Assembly (NCBI GenBank): GCA_002433065.1
Contig: DJHK01000041.1
Span: 109,922-173,921, forward strand
Length of the DNA: 64,000 nucleotides
Reading direction: 5' to 3'
DNA from: Chloroflexi bacterium UBA6622
Lineage (GTDB): Bacteria > Chloroflexota > UBA11872
The translations under genes and the position numbers were made by a program. This document shows positions 1 through 10,839 of the stretch, one piece after another (the stretch's first letter is position 1; every line of letters begins with the position of its first letter). The notes beneath the pieces are model-generated. The model searched no databases and was not told where the DNA came from. It worked only from the letters and a program-made list of their open reading frames with translations.

Positions 1-1977
1 GCCAACGAAGAAAAAGCGCGTCTCCATCAAATATGAGCCCTCGTTTGGGTCTTCGTTTTCTGCATCCCAGCTAGTTTCTGTCCGCTCGATTCTTGGGTTT
101 TCGACTCCTGCGGTAAGTGCCTGGTTATGGGCAAGCTTGGGTCCAAGCTTGTCCACGTGGGCTCGGGCTTGCTCGATCGTTTTAAAGTGCTTCCATTCTG
201 TCGGGCCGTGGACGACATAGCCTGTAACACCAGCGCGCGTGTATAAGGGCCGAAGCAAAAACTCAACCTGTTGCACAATATGAGCACAGCCAGCGCCTAC
301 GGCGCTCGCCACGTTGGCTAGTCTAGGCGTTTCACAGTCTGTGTGAAGTCGTGAAGCTACTTCGGGTATCCATGATGCTGCGGCACCTCCTAGGGCGATG
401 ACCGGAGGAATGACCTCAAGACGAACGTCGATAGTGGGGCTTTGATGGCTGGTTGAGACTGATTTATTCAGCAGGAATTGGCCGAGGCCGTCATCCGAAA
501 AAGCCACTTTGGATTCAATGGTTTCTAGTGTGTTCCGTAGCAGACCCGTTGCTAATGTTTGGATTATGAGCTCATGAGTTTGCGAGTAAAACTCTTTAGT
601 TGTGACGCGACGTTCTCGAGCGGCTATCCGACAGGCGATGGCTGCTGCGTTTGCATCATAGTTTTGGAAGCCACCTTTTTCGTGAAGCAAATCCGTTGGT
701 GTGAGTCCGATACGTCGGACTAGGCCACGGGCTGTAAGCGTCCGTGTATTAAGTAGTCTAGGGTCGGGAAGCCCCACTCGTTTTGCGAGTGTTGTGATGT
801 CAAGTGGATGGTCTTGTAGCGCGGCGTAGATCGCTTCTTCATGGCTGTTCATCGTCGAAACTAACCCTTCGCCATCCGCGGCGAGGAATTCCCACACCGG
901 AACAAGTCGATGTGTGGTGCTTTTGCGTTCGATTCGATTCAATGTGTCAGTGATGGAGGGGTTACTTGCCGCTGCAACTGCCAGCGACTCAACACGTTGA
1001 GGGCCAACGTTTAGGTCGAGTGGATCGGCCGTAATCCGGCTATTCCCGCCTAGCCCCATGGAATACGAGGAGACGGCATGTAGTGATGTTCGCCAATCAC
1101 CAACAACGGCTCCGCTGCTACTGAGCTGGGGAAGACCATGTGTTAACAGAGTTGTGTCGGTTGTGGTTCCTCCCATGTCAGCGACAACGGCCATGTCGAG
1201 TTTGCTTAGATGGCGGGCACCTGAAACGCTGGCAGCTGGGCCCGAAAGGAGCGTTTGGACTGGTTTATCCTTCGCGACGTTGAGGGATGTGAGCGTGGCA
1301 TCTCCGCCGAGTACTGTTATCGGAGCTGTGATCTGCAGTGATGACATGGTTTGCTCTACGGCTGTAAGCAAGTGGCCGATTACAGGGATGAGCCTTGCAT
1401 TTAACACTGCTGTTGTTGCTCGTCTGACTGAATCCAGCGAATGCCCAACATCATTTCCTAGGACGATTGGGAGGCTTGTTTGTTCACGTGCGATCTCTCC
1501 TGCGTGCAATTCATGTTCGGGGTTTCGTACTGCCAGGTAACTGCAGATCGCGAATGCGTCGACATGGTCGGACCATTGGTCGATAGCTTTGCGTAAATCA
1601 TCGGTGTTCATCGGTGCGCGCTCATAACCAAAAACATCATGGCGGCCCGAAATATATTCAATGGCGGACGCGTGGATTCGGCGGTCGAATTGGCGGCTTG
1701 TCAGCAAATGTTTGTCATAGCCGATCAGAATCGCGGCGACTCGGCCGCCAATCCCCTCAATGGCGGCATTGGTCGCTAGGGTTGTCGATAGGGCAACGAG
1801 CTCGATTTCATCAGGACGTATGTCCGGTAAACCATTAATTGATTCAGAGATTCCAACAGCAAGGTCGTGGTAGGTGGTAGCGGCCTTGTTCCAAGCGACG
1901 ACTTCTCCTGTATCAGACTTTAGTGCAACCGTGTCAGTAAAGGTGCCTCCAGTATCTATCCCAAGTACAAGATTCAT
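1..1977 (-). CDS. hydantoinase/oxoprolinase family protein (HyuA-like); C-terminus cut by window start
   Basis: Absent from the ORF track because no stop lies inside the window. I read the minus frame codon by codon from ATG 1977-1975 down to position 1 and found no stop. The N-terminus MNLVLGIDTGGTFTDTVALKSDTGEVV... is the canonical hydantoinase_A/oxoprolinase actin-like ATPase start. At least 659 aa lie in the window. Confidence 0.8.
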   Translation of the reverse strand, partial: MNLVLGIDTGGTFTDTVALKSDTGEVVAWNKAATTYHDLAVGISESINGLPDIRPDEIELVALSTTLATNAAIEGIGGRVAAILIGYDKHLLTSRQFDRRIHASAIEYISGRHDVFGYERAPMNTDDLRKAIDQWSDHVDAFAICSYLAVRNPEHELHAGEIAREQTSLPIVLGNDVGHSLDSVRRATTAVLNARLIPVIGHLLTAVEQTMSSLQITAPITVLGGDATLTSLNVAKDKPVQTLLSGPAASVSGARHLSKLDMAVVADMGGTTTDTTLLTHGLPQLSSSGAVVGDWRTSLHAVSSYSMGLGGNSRITADPLDLNVGPQRVESLAVAAASNPSITDTLNRIERKSTTHRLVPVWEFLAADGEGLVSTMNSHEEAIYAALQDHPLDITTLAKRVGLPDPRLLNTRTLTARGLVRRIGLTPTDLLHEKGGFQNYDANAAAIACRIAARERRVTTKEFYSQTHELIIQTLATGLLRNTLETIESKVAFSDDGLGQFLLNKSVSTSHQSPTIDVRLEVIPPVIALGGAAASWIPEVASRLHTDCETPRLANVASAVGAGCAHIVQQVEFLLRPLYTRAGVTGYVVHGPTEWKHFKTIEQARAHVDKLGPKLAHNQALTAGVENPRIERTETSWDAENEDPNEGSYLMETRFFFVG

Positions 1978-2100
1978 TAGGGTGCCAACAACCGATCGGT
2001 TACAGGCTTCAGTATTACAGGCACGACAAAAATGTTCTGGATCTCACGCATAGAATATTTTCGAAGGAATTGGCTACATGTGTGTTGCTAAGTGGACGTC

Positions 2101-3624
2101 TTAGATGCTTCTTTGCCGGTAGTTTGGGGCTTCCTTAACAAGTACGACATCGTGGACATGGTTTTCGTCCATTCCGGCGCCAGTGACTCTGACGAAACGT
2201 GATTTTGTTTGCATCTCGGCCACATTCACTGCCCCTACATAACCCATAGCCGACCGGAGACCACCGGTGAGTTGATCAATGAGACTTATCGTTGGCCCGC
2301 GGTATGGCGTCTGTGCTTCAACTCCTTCGGCGACAAGCTTGGCTGCGTCTTCGACTTCGTGTTGTCCGTATCGATCGCGGCTACTTTGACGCCTATCATT
2401 CATGGCCCCGATCGATCCCATACCACGGTACTCCTTGAAGCGTTCGCCTTGGCGGTACACGACTTCTCCAGGGCTTTCGTCGGTGCCTGCGAAAAGGTTG
2501 CCGATCATTACTGCCGATGCTCCCGCAGCAATGGCTTTGGCTACATCACCCGAATACCGGACACCTCCATCAGCAATCATCGGGATACCGTGTTCTTCAC
2601 ATGGTCCGGCGCATTCCATAATTGCTGTTAGCTGGGGCACTCCTACGCCTGCCACAATGCGAGTAGTACATATGGCGGCAGGCCCTATACCTACTTTGAT
2701 CGCGTCTGCACCGGCTTGGATAAGATCGTTGGCGCCCGGGCCCGTAGCGACGTTCCCTGCTATAACTTCAACGTCGAATCCGTCCTTTATTCGGCTGACC
2801 ATGTCGATAACGGCTGAGTGGTGGCCGTGGGCTGAGTCGACGACGAGCACGTCAACTTCAGCCTGGACCAGTTCTTGTGCGCGCGCATAGGCTTCTTCCT
2901 GGGTACCGACAGCGGCTGCGACAACCAGCCGACCTTTTTCATCGTAAACCGCGTTTGGAAACTGTTGTCGCTTGGCGATGTCTTTGACGGTGATCAATCC
3001 TTGTATGGTTCCAGCTTCATCGACTACGGGTAGTTTCTCGATGCGGTGCTCGTGAAGCAGGAGCTCGGCTTGTTCAAGAGTTGTTCCGACCGGTGCTGTT
3101 ACAAGTCCTTCTTTTGTCATGAGGTCAGATACGGTTCTTGCCCTGTCATGTGTAAATCGCATATCACGGTTTGTCAGGATTCCTACGAGACGGCCATCCG
3201 AGTCGGTTATAGGCACGCCGGATATTCTGTAGCGAGCCATCACATCGTTGGCGTCAGCAAGCGTTGCATCCGGAGGAAGTGTGACCGGATCAACGATCAT
3301 GCCGGATTGTGATCGCTTTACCTTATCGATTTCTCCTGCCTGTTGGTCGATAGATAGGTTGCGGTGGATGACCCCAATGCCACCCGACCGTGCCATTGCG
3401 ATAGCCATAGAGGCCTCTGTAACCGTATCCATGGCGGCGGAAAGGAGGGGGACGGTGAGCGTCACGGCCTCGGTTATTTTTGTGCTGGTATTTACTTGGG
3501 TGGGTATGACATCGGATCTTCCAGGCACAAGGAGTACGTCGTCGTAAGTTAGACCCTCGGAGATAACTTGTGTGGGTGTGGAAGGCTCGTACTTGATTCG
3601 TGTTCGGTCAGGATTAACAGTCAC
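2101..3624 (-). CDS. guaB: IMP dehydrogenase
   Basis: 507 aa. GTG start with AGGAG 7 nt upstream. Motifs: [15 protein letters not shown], internal tandem CBS region, catalytic loop [11 protein letters not shown], and GGVRYSGD. Confidence 0.95.
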   Translation of the reverse strand: MTVNPDRTRIKYEPSTPTQVISEGLTYDDVLLVPGRSDVIPTQVNTSTKITEAVTLTVPLLSAAMDTVTEASMAIAMARSGGIGVIHRNLSIDQQAGEIDKVKRSQSGMIVDPVTLPPDATLADANDVMARYRISGVPITDSDGRLVGILTNRDMRFTHDRARTVSDLMTKEGLVTAPVGTTLEQAELLLHEHRIEKLPVVDEAGTIQGLITVKDIAKRQQFPNAVYDEKGRLVVAAAVGTQEEAYARAQELVQAEVDVLVVDSAHGHHSAVIDMVSRIKDGFDVEVIAGNVATGPGANDLIQAGADAIKVGIGPAAICTTRIVAGVGVPQLTAIMECAGPCEEHGIPMIADGGVRYSGDVAKAIAAGASAVMIGNLFAGTDESPGEVVYRQGERFKEYRGMGSIGAMNDRRQSSRDRYGQHEVEDAAKLVAEGVEAQTPYRGPTISLIDQLTGGLRSAMGYVGAVNVAEMQTKSRFVRVTGAGMDENHVHDVVLVKEAPNYRQRSI

Positions 3625-3876
3625 GCAAAAGCTCCTGATGTGATGAACGCCGACAACTAAAATGACCCTTGGATTCGTGGCTCGGGAGCGAAGGACATGG
3701 TTTGCTCAACGGCGCATATTTGTGTGCCCGGCGAGCCATCTTTGAAGATCGATGGTCAGGTTCAATCATTGGCTGATCATACAACGCGATCATTCCATGT
3801 CTGAAGCTATTCTCGGTAACTGTGCTTACTGGGGCTAGAATTGGGAGTAGCAGGTCAACGGATCGGCTTTCTTCTT

Positions 3877-3951
3877 GGTGGGCGTAGCTCAATTGGTTAG
3901 AGCGTCTGGTTGTGGCCCAGAAGGCTGGGGGTTCAAGTCCCCTCGCTCACC
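3877..3951 (+). tRNA. tRNA-His (anticodon GTG)
   Basis: Hand-folded cloverleaf. Acceptor GTGGGCG/CGCTCAC, D stem GCTC/GAGC, anticodon stem TCTGG/CCAGA with loop TTGTGGC, T arm GGGGG-TTCAAGT-CCCCT. The extra genome-encoded G-1 (3877) opposite discriminator C is the His hallmark. CCA is not encoded. Confidence 0.9.
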
Positions 3952-4012
3952 CCTTTTTGTTAGCAAGTGCTTGCGTGGGTGGATCTTTTTCCGTTTTGCT
4001 TAGTTTGGGGAG

Positions 4013-6730
4013 TTACCGGATTCGAGATGTCGGCTGGCATTTTTCCGACGCTACATATTGGAGGAAGTCGACCAGTATTGTTCTTGCCAATGGGTCTGAG
4101 CGACCTGCACGACTGAGGCCTAGGGTTGTCACCAGTACTTGGCCTTGTCCATAGCGGGCCTGAGCTGTAATTGCGGCTTCATTCCCGACCCATCCTCGGA
4201 ATGTTCCCATAAGCACGTCAGACGTTTGTAGTCCGTCAAGGGCGGGTATAACTCGAGGAGCACTACAAGTCTCGAAAGGTGTTCCCATCAAGGGGCCAAC
4301 AGGGAGGTTGGGTGGTCCGTCGGGAGCAATCCAATCAAAGCCGGTACACCAATGCGGCTGGAATCTTCCTTCTCGCGGTACCGACGGGAGAAAGACCGTA
4401 TCTTCCAGGTCTGCAAGTACGAGTGCTGGTACGCCACTGTCGATCAGGTCCTTTGCAGAAGACCCTCCTCCGGCAACTACGATGGCATCTATGCGATTAG
4501 GTTCGGTGAGCGTTGTGCACCCTGCTTCAGCCAGTGCATTTGCGAGGGTTGAGACCTGGTTGACGGCGGAGGATCCCGTGAGAAATATTCGTAGTTTCCC
4601 GTCGATGGTCTGTCTTGACGTAGGGATCACCAACAGCTCGGATCGTTGCTCCAAGCTGAGGCCATCACCCTGTATTGAGACTGAAATGCTGAAGAATCCA
4701 GAGTTAGCAGTTTGTGGGGCCTGGAATTTGAAGCTATCGATGTGTATAGGTTCGAATCCAGATCCAATGTCGAACTGCTCCCGTCGTGCTGGGTTGCTAT
4801 TTATCGACCATTCAACGTCCACGGTTCCTGGCGTTCGGGGCCCGGAAAGTATTGCGCGACACGTTACATTACTTCCGCTCCAAGCAGATGTTGGAAGTTT
4901 GTCCAGAATAAGCACCGTCTCTGCTCCGACGCTTCGCAGGGCTTGAACGGCCGGTTTGGGGTTTCCAGCGAAATCTGCTATTCCATTGGGTTCCCATCCT
5001 TGGTCAGTTAATTCGGTTAGTACAAAACCACTTAATCGTTCCGTTTTTCGCAGGATTTCGACTTGTCGCTTTATCCCGGCCGCTTGGATCTCTTGTGTCG
5101 ATTGACATAAAGCCAGCGTAGTGGGGAATGCTCGACGGACGTACGAGTTCTCGAAGCGAGAAGCAAACCCTCCTTGGTCAAAAGAAGTATCCGTAATCCA
5201 CGTTCGGGTCGATTCCAGTCCGTTCTTCAGGTCATCGAAGTTTTCAGGTAGCCCCCAAATGCCAAATTCGGTCAGAGCGACCGGTTTTTCACCTGGTTCG
5301 GTGGCATCTTCACGGGACCAAAGATCCGGTGGTCGGGTGGCTAGCCGACCAACTTCCCGACGGAATCTACCGAGTCCCTGGGGATAGTTGGCGTACTCGT
5401 GGAAGTCAGCAAGGTCTGTATCCACGTGTGACTCTCCGGTCATCGCTGAGTTGTCGATTACTAAACGCGAGTTGTCCAAGTTTCGGGCAAGTTCAACCCA
5501 ACGCCGGAGTCGGGCTCGGTCGTCAGATGATCTTCCTATATTGAGCCCCCAGCCCTCGTTGACGATCGACCGAGCGATGAGCGAAGGATGGTGGCCGTCT
5601 CGTATCGTTGAACGTTGCAGCATGGCCTCGATTTCATTGTCAAGCCACTCCGGCATACCATCTGGTGGTGTGGCCGGATGTCCCCAGCTGGGCAATTCGT
5701 ACCAAACTAAAAGACCAAAGCGGTCTGCGAGCGCGAGGTATCTGGGATCTGGCAACTTGACGTGACATCTAACCAGGTTGAGACCGGCGTCCCGAGCGGC
5801 AGCAAATCGCTTTTGAAGGGCCTCGTCTCCCGGATATGCAAACCCGGTGGTTGGGTGGTAGTCCTGGTCCAGAGCGCCGCGCAGATACAAGGGCCGACCG
5901 TTTAGCCACAGGTTCTCTTCATCGGCTTGTATTGACCGAAATCCTGTTATGTAAGTTTGGGTGTCAGTTACTCCATTTTGGATAAAGGAGGCATCAAGCT
6001 GATAGAGAGAGGGAGAGTTGGGTGACCACGGGACTATCTCCTCCCAACGGTGTTCTATGTCGATTCCTTTGTCCAAGCTGCCGTTGTGGCTTGATTCCCA
6101 TACGGTTGAGCCTCCGTCGAGAGGACGGACTTGGATTCGAAGAGATCCGGGCGCAGCACTTTTTCCTAGGGTTGATATGCGTACGGTTTCCATGTCGGGT
6201 GCAAGATCGGTTCTGACACCTTGGATATGGGCTTCTGGCCGAACCATCACGTGAACTGGCTGCCAGATTCCGGAGCATTCGCCGTACCAATGTTGCTTTC
6301 CTCGGGGAATCCAGGTGCTATCAAATGAGTCGCCGTGTGGGGACTCGACTGTTTGTGCGGGCAAGAGCGGAGCGTCCCAAACTCGAACTGTCAAAGTCGT
6401 AGATTTCCCATGCAATTCAGGCGGAAGTACAGCTTCAAATGGAAGATAGCCGCCTTGATTCGAAGCAATAAGACGGTCGTCTACCCATACGTCAGAGTGC
6501 CAATCAGCGGCACCAAACATAATGACGGCTTGGTGGTGTGGTTCTGGTTTAGGAACAATTAGCTGGCGACGGTACCAGTAATATGCTGGTCCATCGGGCA
6601 GCGCATCGATCGACAGTTGCGCGTGCGAAGGCACTTCGATTCGGGAATCAAAACGTGCGGAGTCAGGATCAGGACACGTGTTGACGCAAAACTCCCAGGT
6701 TCCGTTTAGATCGCTTTGGCGCGAGTTCAT
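4013..6730 (-). CDS. glycoside hydrolase family 2 protein (beta-galactosidase/beta-mannosidase-like) with long C-terminal extension
   Basis: 905 aa. N-terminal sugar-binding region (LNGTWEF, WYRRQ), TIM-barrel segment NLVRCHVKLPDPRYLALADRFGLLVWYELP, and acid/base motif IVNEGWG. No obvious signal peptide. Confidence 0.75.
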   Translation of the reverse strand: MNSRQSDLNGTWEFCVNTCPDPDSARFDSRIEVPSHAQLSIDALPDGPAYYWYRRQLIVPKPEPHHQAVIMFGAADWHSDVWVDDRLIASNQGGYLPFEAVLPPELHGKSTTLTVRVWDAPLLPAQTVESPHGDSFDSTWIPRGKQHWYGECSGIWQPVHVMVRPEAHIQGVRTDLAPDMETVRISTLGKSAAPGSLRIQVRPLDGGSTVWESSHNGSLDKGIDIEHRWEEIVPWSPNSPSLYQLDASFIQNGVTDTQTYITGFRSIQADEENLWLNGRPLYLRGALDQDYHPTTGFAYPGDEALQKRFAAARDAGLNLVRCHVKLPDPRYLALADRFGLLVWYELPSWGHPATPPDGMPEWLDNEIEAMLQRSTIRDGHHPSLIARSIVNEGWGLNIGRSSDDRARLRRWVELARNLDNSRLVIDNSAMTGESHVDTDLADFHEYANYPQGLGRFRREVGRLATRPPDLWSREDATEPGEKPVALTEFGIWGLPENFDDLKNGLESTRTWITDTSFDQGGFASRFENSYVRRAFPTTLALCQSTQEIQAAGIKRQVEILRKTERLSGFVLTELTDQGWEPNGIADFAGNPKPAVQALRSVGAETVLILDKLPTSAWSGSNVTCRAILSGPRTPGTVDVEWSINSNPARREQFDIGSGFEPIHIDSFKFQAPQTANSGFFSISVSIQGDGLSLEQRSELLVIPTSRQTIDGKLRIFLTGSSAVNQVSTLANALAEAGCTTLTEPNRIDAIVVAGGGSSAKDLIDSGVPALVLADLEDTVFLPSVPREGRFQPHWCTGFDWIAPDGPPNLPVGPLMGTPFETCSAPRVIPALDGLQTSDVLMGTFRGWVGNEAAITAQARYGQGQVLVTTLGLSRAGRSDPLARTILVDFLQYVASEKCQPTSRIR

Positions 6731-6770
6731 AGTTGCCTGTTAGGTTTGTTCCAAATCACAAGATGGATGG

Positions 6771-7268
6771 TTGCGAGCGGTGAACGAAGCATCCGTACCC
6801 TCCTCGGATACTCCAACGGGCAATGGTCTGAGTCAGGCTGTTATTAGAAATTACGTTGTTTCTGCTGTAGTCCTGTTGATGGTGGCAAGTGCGGTATATG
6901 TGGTGTGGGTTGACCGTAATCTTGGTCAGCCGCCAGATATTTATCAAGACCTTGACGCCTCTGTCCCGCTTGAAGATAAGACTGCTAAATCTAGTATGCC
7001 TGTCGTAGTTCCATCGACGCCAAATCCCGTCGTAATCAATATGGACTTTGGGAGTGGTCCATATGAGATTCCATCCACTCCAACAGTCATTCCTGCTCGC
7101 CGCGACAGTGAACCGCAGTTTTTTTTGGTGAAGGTACGCCCTGGAGATACCCTGGCCGCTCTGGCGAGTCGGCATAAATATAGTTTTTCTGAGATAGCTT
7201 CGCTGAACGGAATTGATCCGCCATATTTGTTGCGGGTGGGCGACGAGCTTCTTTTTCCTAATCGTTAG
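6771..7268 (+). CDS. LysM domain-containing membrane-anchored protein
   Basis: 165 aa, TTG start. One TM segment (VVSAVVLLMVASAVYVVW). The C-terminal LysM is VKVRPGDTLAALASRHKYSFSEIASLNGIDPPYLLRVGDELLFP. Confidence 0.75.
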   Translation: MRAVNEASVPSSDTPTGNGLSQAVIRNYVVSAVVLLMVASAVYVVWVDRNLGQPPDIYQDLDASVPLEDKTAKSSMPVVVPSTPNPVVINMDFGSGPYEIPSTPTVIPARRDSEPQFFLVKVRPGDTLAALASRHKYSFSEIASLNGIDPPYLLRVGDELLFPNR

Positions 7269-7288
7269 GTGCTTCCGGCTAAAGAAAC

Positions 7289-8146
7289 TTAGTCAGCAGT
7301 CTCGGGCCTTTTTTCCGAGGTTTTCGAATCAGATTCCTCAGTCTTTTCGTCAGGGTCGGATGGTGAATCTGACGAATCGAGTGGTCGAGACGACCCATTA
7401 GGCTCGCTGGAATCTTCATCAGAGACTTTAGTCGACCGTTGTTCGCCTTCACCGTCCGCAGAGGAACCCTCAGAGGGAACGTCGGTTGGTTGGGTGTCGC
7501 CCAGGGATTGTTCGTTGTCTGGTGGCTGGCCGGGGTCTAGCGCTATGAAGCGAACTGGCCACGAGGAAACGCCATCGACAGCGGCTGGAATGGCCATGCA
7601 GGCGAGTCGTTCTTCACTTAGTTCGGTTGTGTTGTGAAGGTTCCGGACCACCGGGATATCACTTTCCAGTAGAACGCTTAGGATTACACGCTCGTCGTCG
7701 GGTTCATTCTCACGACCTACTTCTATGTCCTTGGCAAGTGCTAGCAGTTTGACACCTCGAACAAGCAACCATTGGGTAGCTTGGGCGGTGAGTCGCGGAG
7801 TACTTCCACCAGGTCCAGTCGCCAGAATCGCGATATCACCATTTTGAAGACGTCGCCCGAAGGCTTGTTCAAGCTTTTCGGCATCGATGTCTGGGTTTTC
7901 TAGGGAAACCGGAAGTTTTCCGAGGACTCCTTCGCCAAAAAATGTGTCCACTCGTAAATCTCCGATTGCTGAACCCCAACTCGCGAAACGTCGACCTGCT
8001 ACCACATGTGTGCCGACGTCGCTTTCCATCTGGATGTGGTGGGCAATAGTGCGGGGCTCGCCTGCACGTTCGAATTCGTGGGCTACAAAATTATTGTTCA
8101 ATCCATGTTGCAGTGGTTTGGTGCAATCGATGATGCGTCTGGGCAT
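7289..8146 (-). CDS. cyclase-family (kynurenine formamidase-like fold) protein with degenerate metal motif and acidic disordered tail
   Basis: 285 aa. Overall layout matches the putative-cyclase family (GDIAILATG..., WLLVRGVKLLA..., SSWPVRFIAL). The HxGTHxDAPxH motif reads DVGTHVVAGRR. The last ~80 aa are D/E/S-rich. Confidence 0.55.
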   Translation of the reverse strand: MPRRIIDCTKPLQHGLNNNFVAHEFERAGEPRTIAHHIQMESDVGTHVVAGRRFASWGSAIGDLRVDTFFGEGVLGKLPVSLENPDIDAEKLEQAFGRRLQNGDIAILATGPGGSTPRLTAQATQWLLVRGVKLLALAKDIEVGRENEPDDERVILSVLLESDIPVVRNLHNTTELSEERLACMAIPAAVDGVSSWPVRFIALDPGQPPDNEQSLGDTQPTDVPSEGSSADGEGEQRSTKVSDEDSSEPNGSSRPLDSSDSPSDPDEKTEESDSKTSEKRPETAD

Positions 8147-8220
8147 GTCTATCCGAATCTTGTGTGCGTATACGGATGGTCGACCGCATAGCGGGTTGTC
8201 GTCAATAGGTTATGGGTCAG

Positions 8221-9801
8221 TTAGTCGATCATTATCGGTTGTCCCCAGTCAGGAATCCGGAGTTCGATATTCGAATCAGCGAACGTCTCTCGGTAAAAAG
8301 AAAGTCCGCGATCCTGGAGATGGACGGGGATTAAGGTCCGAGGATTTGCGATCTCGATAAACTTACGTAAGTCAGCGCCAGCGGCATGGCCGGAAGCGTG
8401 GAAACCAGAATTCTCCGCTTCCTCGACTACTCCTCCCCCTACGAGGTCGAGTCCAAGTCGATCGGTCCAGTTCCGAAGACGGTCCATGTCCAGCACGGCT
8501 TCCTCGTTGTAAGGCTCGCTTGAGGAATAGATCCACACACCTGCTGTTGCCCCTATATCCAAAAGCCGGGTTACGTCAAAAAAGCTAAAGCACAGTACGT
8601 AAGATCCCACGTCAGCTCGGATTTGTTCGGGTGCAATTAGGGCGTCTTCGAATTCGTCGGCTATCGCTTCTTGCCATGCTGCACGATTCGATCGAGTCTC
8701 ACTGTATACCATCAAATCATTCGCAGCTGATGGGGTCGGCACTCCAGTGTTCACTGTGGCCATAGCTTTGAGGAGTAGGGCGTCTTTCATCAGGACTACG
8801 AGCTTTCGACCGTTGATCCTTGCTGCTTCTAGAAAGGTTTCCAACCGTTCAATATTGCGTGGCCCAAAATCTGCGACGACTAAACCATCCTCGTTGGCGA
8901 TTCGTTCTATCGCTCGGTTTCGAACATCGTCTTCTGTTGCTCCGGCCGGCCGGCCGGCCTGCGTTCCTTCACAGATCAGAGCCACAAGGTCTAGCTTTGC
9001 CAATTCTTGTGCAAAATTAAGCGTCATGGCTCCACGGCGTCCATGAACACGAATATCTCCGCTGTAACCAACCCATCCCGCGCTTGTTTCGACGGCAAAC
9101 CCAACGGATCCTGGGATTGAATGGTCTGTGGGATAAGCTCGGATCTGGTGGCCCTCAAGCAAGGTGCTAGCCGGGATCGCTTCACAAGTGACTGCGGCAG
9201 GCCCAGTTTTCGAAAATCGGCGTTTCCAATATGAAGCCGCAGCCGTGGTCCAGGTTTCTTTGTCCAGGATTTGCCATGGCCTTTGTTCGAATGGTTCGTT
9301 TGCAGCAGAAGTGAGAATGCCATTCTTCGGCCTGGCGGAGCGAAGAAATACGGTTTGGGCGTCCAGTCGACTTTGACCGCCATCCTGCATGGCTTTCGCA
9401 ATTAACGCGGAAGTGGCGCTCGTAATGATGGGTATGTCGTTTCGTAGCATCGACACGTACCCCACATGGTCGGCGTGGGCGTGGCTGAGCAGTACAGCAC
9501 GTGGCGCTATGTCGTTACGGTAGCCTGGTTGCTGGTTTAGGCGATTCCAGATAAATGCGTGTTCAGGCAGGGTGCTTAGGTCGGATCGATATAGCCCTTC
9601 TAGGGGCGGAAGCAAACCGGTTTGTAGAAAGTCAGATAATCCGTGGCTTGGGCGTGGTTGGAGAAACTCCTCGAAGTATTTGCCGGCAGTACCAAACGAC
9701 ATTCCAAAATCGAAAAAAACTTGCCAGTCATCGTCCTCCAGAAGGAGTTTGTTCCCACCAATTTCTCCTGCACCGCCGTAGGCCGTAAATCGAACAGCCA
9801 T
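8221..9801 (-). CDS. MBL-fold beta-CASP hydrolase (RNase J-like)
   Basis: 526 aa. N-terminus FTAYGGAGEIGGNKLLLE resembles RNase J. Contains the HxHxDH motif (LLSHAHADHVGY), later DHS, SGD and FHASGHA, and the PVH beta-CASP-type motifs. Confidence 0.7.
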   Translation of the reverse strand: MAVRFTAYGGAGEIGGNKLLLEDDDWQVFFDFGMSFGTAGKYFEEFLQPRPSHGLSDFLQTGLLPPLEGLYRSDLSTLPEHAFIWNRLNQQPGYRNDIAPRAVLLSHAHADHVGYVSMLRNDIPIITSATSALIAKAMQDGGQSRLDAQTVFLRSARPKNGILTSAANEPFEQRPWQILDKETWTTAAASYWKRRFSKTGPAAVTCEAIPASTLLEGHQIRAYPTDHSIPGSVGFAVETSAGWVGYSGDIRVHGRRGAMTLNFAQELAKLDLVALICEGTQAGRPAGATEDDVRNRAIERIANEDGLVVADFGPRNIERLETFLEAARINGRKLVVLMKDALLLKAMATVNTGVPTPSAANDLMVYSETRSNRAAWQEAIADEFEDALIAPEQIRADVGSYVLCFSFFDVTRLLDIGATAGVWIYSSSEPYNEEAVLDMDRLRNWTDRLGLDLVGGGVVEEAENSGFHASGHAAGADLRKFIEIANPRTLIPVHLQDRGLSFYRETFADSNIELRIPDWGQPIMID

Positions 9802-9804
9802 CTA

Positions 9805-10818
9805 TTACCCCTCTGTGGAGATGGATTCCAGGTGGCCAAGTACCTCGGGGTTTTGAATTGATCGGGGACGGCCTCCGTTTAGTACTGCCACGGCATCCCG
9901 GATGGCGCTTTCTGGCCCCCATGCGCTCGCTTCACTTGAGTACCCGGCGGTATGCGGAGTGACCAACGTGTTGGGTAACGCCAGTAATGGGTTGTCGTTC
10001 TCCGGTGGTTCAACTTCCAAAACATCCAGGGCGGCCCCAGCGATCTGGCCGGTCTCAAGAGCTTTCACCAGTGACCGTTCATCGATTAACGGTCCCCGCG
10101 AAGCATTTATCAGGAAGGCGCTTGGCTGCATCTGTTCTAAGGCGGCGTGATTGATTAGGTGGTGAGTTGATGGGGTGAGTGGAGCGTGGAGGGATAAGTA
10201 GTCTGATGTCTTTAGCAGGTGGTTAAGCTCTACAAGCTCTACGTTTAGACGATTCGCAAGGTCGGGAGCAACAAAAGGATCGTGTGCGATCACATGAAGT
10301 CCGAACGGTATACATCGCAGGGCTACTGCCTGTGCGATGTTCCCAAGGCCTAGAAGACCCACGGTTTGTCCGCGAAGTCGTGGCCATGTCTCAGATGGTG
10401 TAATGACGTGATCTCGGTGGGGGGCCTTTCCCTGACTGTTGGTTATGAGTCGAGGGATCCGTCGATAGCACGCCAGTAGAAGCATCATTGTGTGGTCCGC
10501 CACTTCCTCAATACAGAGATCGGGGGTGTTCCCGATCATCACTCCGTGGGAGGTAGCTGCGGCGATATCTATCGGATCGACACCAGTGGTGCACGTGATG
10601 ATGGCTTTGAGGTGCGGGGCTAGGCCAAAGTCAGCAGCATCGAATTGGTCAAGTCCTACCGCGCCAGCGACCGCCCTGGACAATACTGATTTTCGTGCAT
10701 CGGCATTACCAAGATCTACGACTTCTATTTGTCCTCCTGCTGATTCAACCAAGTTGAAATGAGGTTTGAATCTCGCTTGGTGTGCGAGCGGGACAAAAAC
10801 GGTGTTTTGGCGAGGCAT
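9805..10818 (-). CDS. D-isomer-specific 2-hydroxyacid dehydrogenase family protein
   Basis: 337 aa. NAD fold GLLGLGNIAQAVA, plus NASRGPLIDERSLVKAL, AALDVLEVEPP and catalytic-His region VTPHTAGYS. Confidence 0.85.
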   Translation of the reverse strand: MPRQNTVFVPLAHQARFKPHFNLVESAGGQIEVVDLGNADARKSVLSRAVAGAVGLDQFDAADFGLAPHLKAIITCTTGVDPIDIAAATSHGVMIGNTPDLCIEEVADHTMMLLLACYRRIPRLITNSQGKAPHRDHVITPSETWPRLRGQTVGLLGLGNIAQAVALRCIPFGLHVIAHDPFVAPDLANRLNVELVELNHLLKTSDYLSLHAPLTPSTHHLINHAALEQMQPSAFLINASRGPLIDERSLVKALETGQIAGAALDVLEVEPPENDNPLLALPNTLVTPHTAGYSSEASAWGPESAIRDAVAVLNGGRPRSIQNPEVLGHLESISTEG

Positions 10819-10839
10819 GTTGGATTCCTTTAATGGGGC

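Noticed and set aside
3625-3876. Possible purine riboswitch upstream of guaB (minus-strand segment CCGGGCACACAAATATGCGCCG vaguely resembles the P3 region of the G-box)
   Set aside because: I could not build P1, P2 or P3 helices. The flanking arms are not complementary, and the conserved J1/2 and J2/3 nucleotides are absent.
7119-7126. Homopolymer tracts (T8 inside the LysM gene at 7119-7126; A8 at 14750-14757) as possible phase-variation switches
   Set aside because: These are single short tracts with no evidence of frameshifted alternative products. One lies outside the preferred coding start, so they are most likely incidental.
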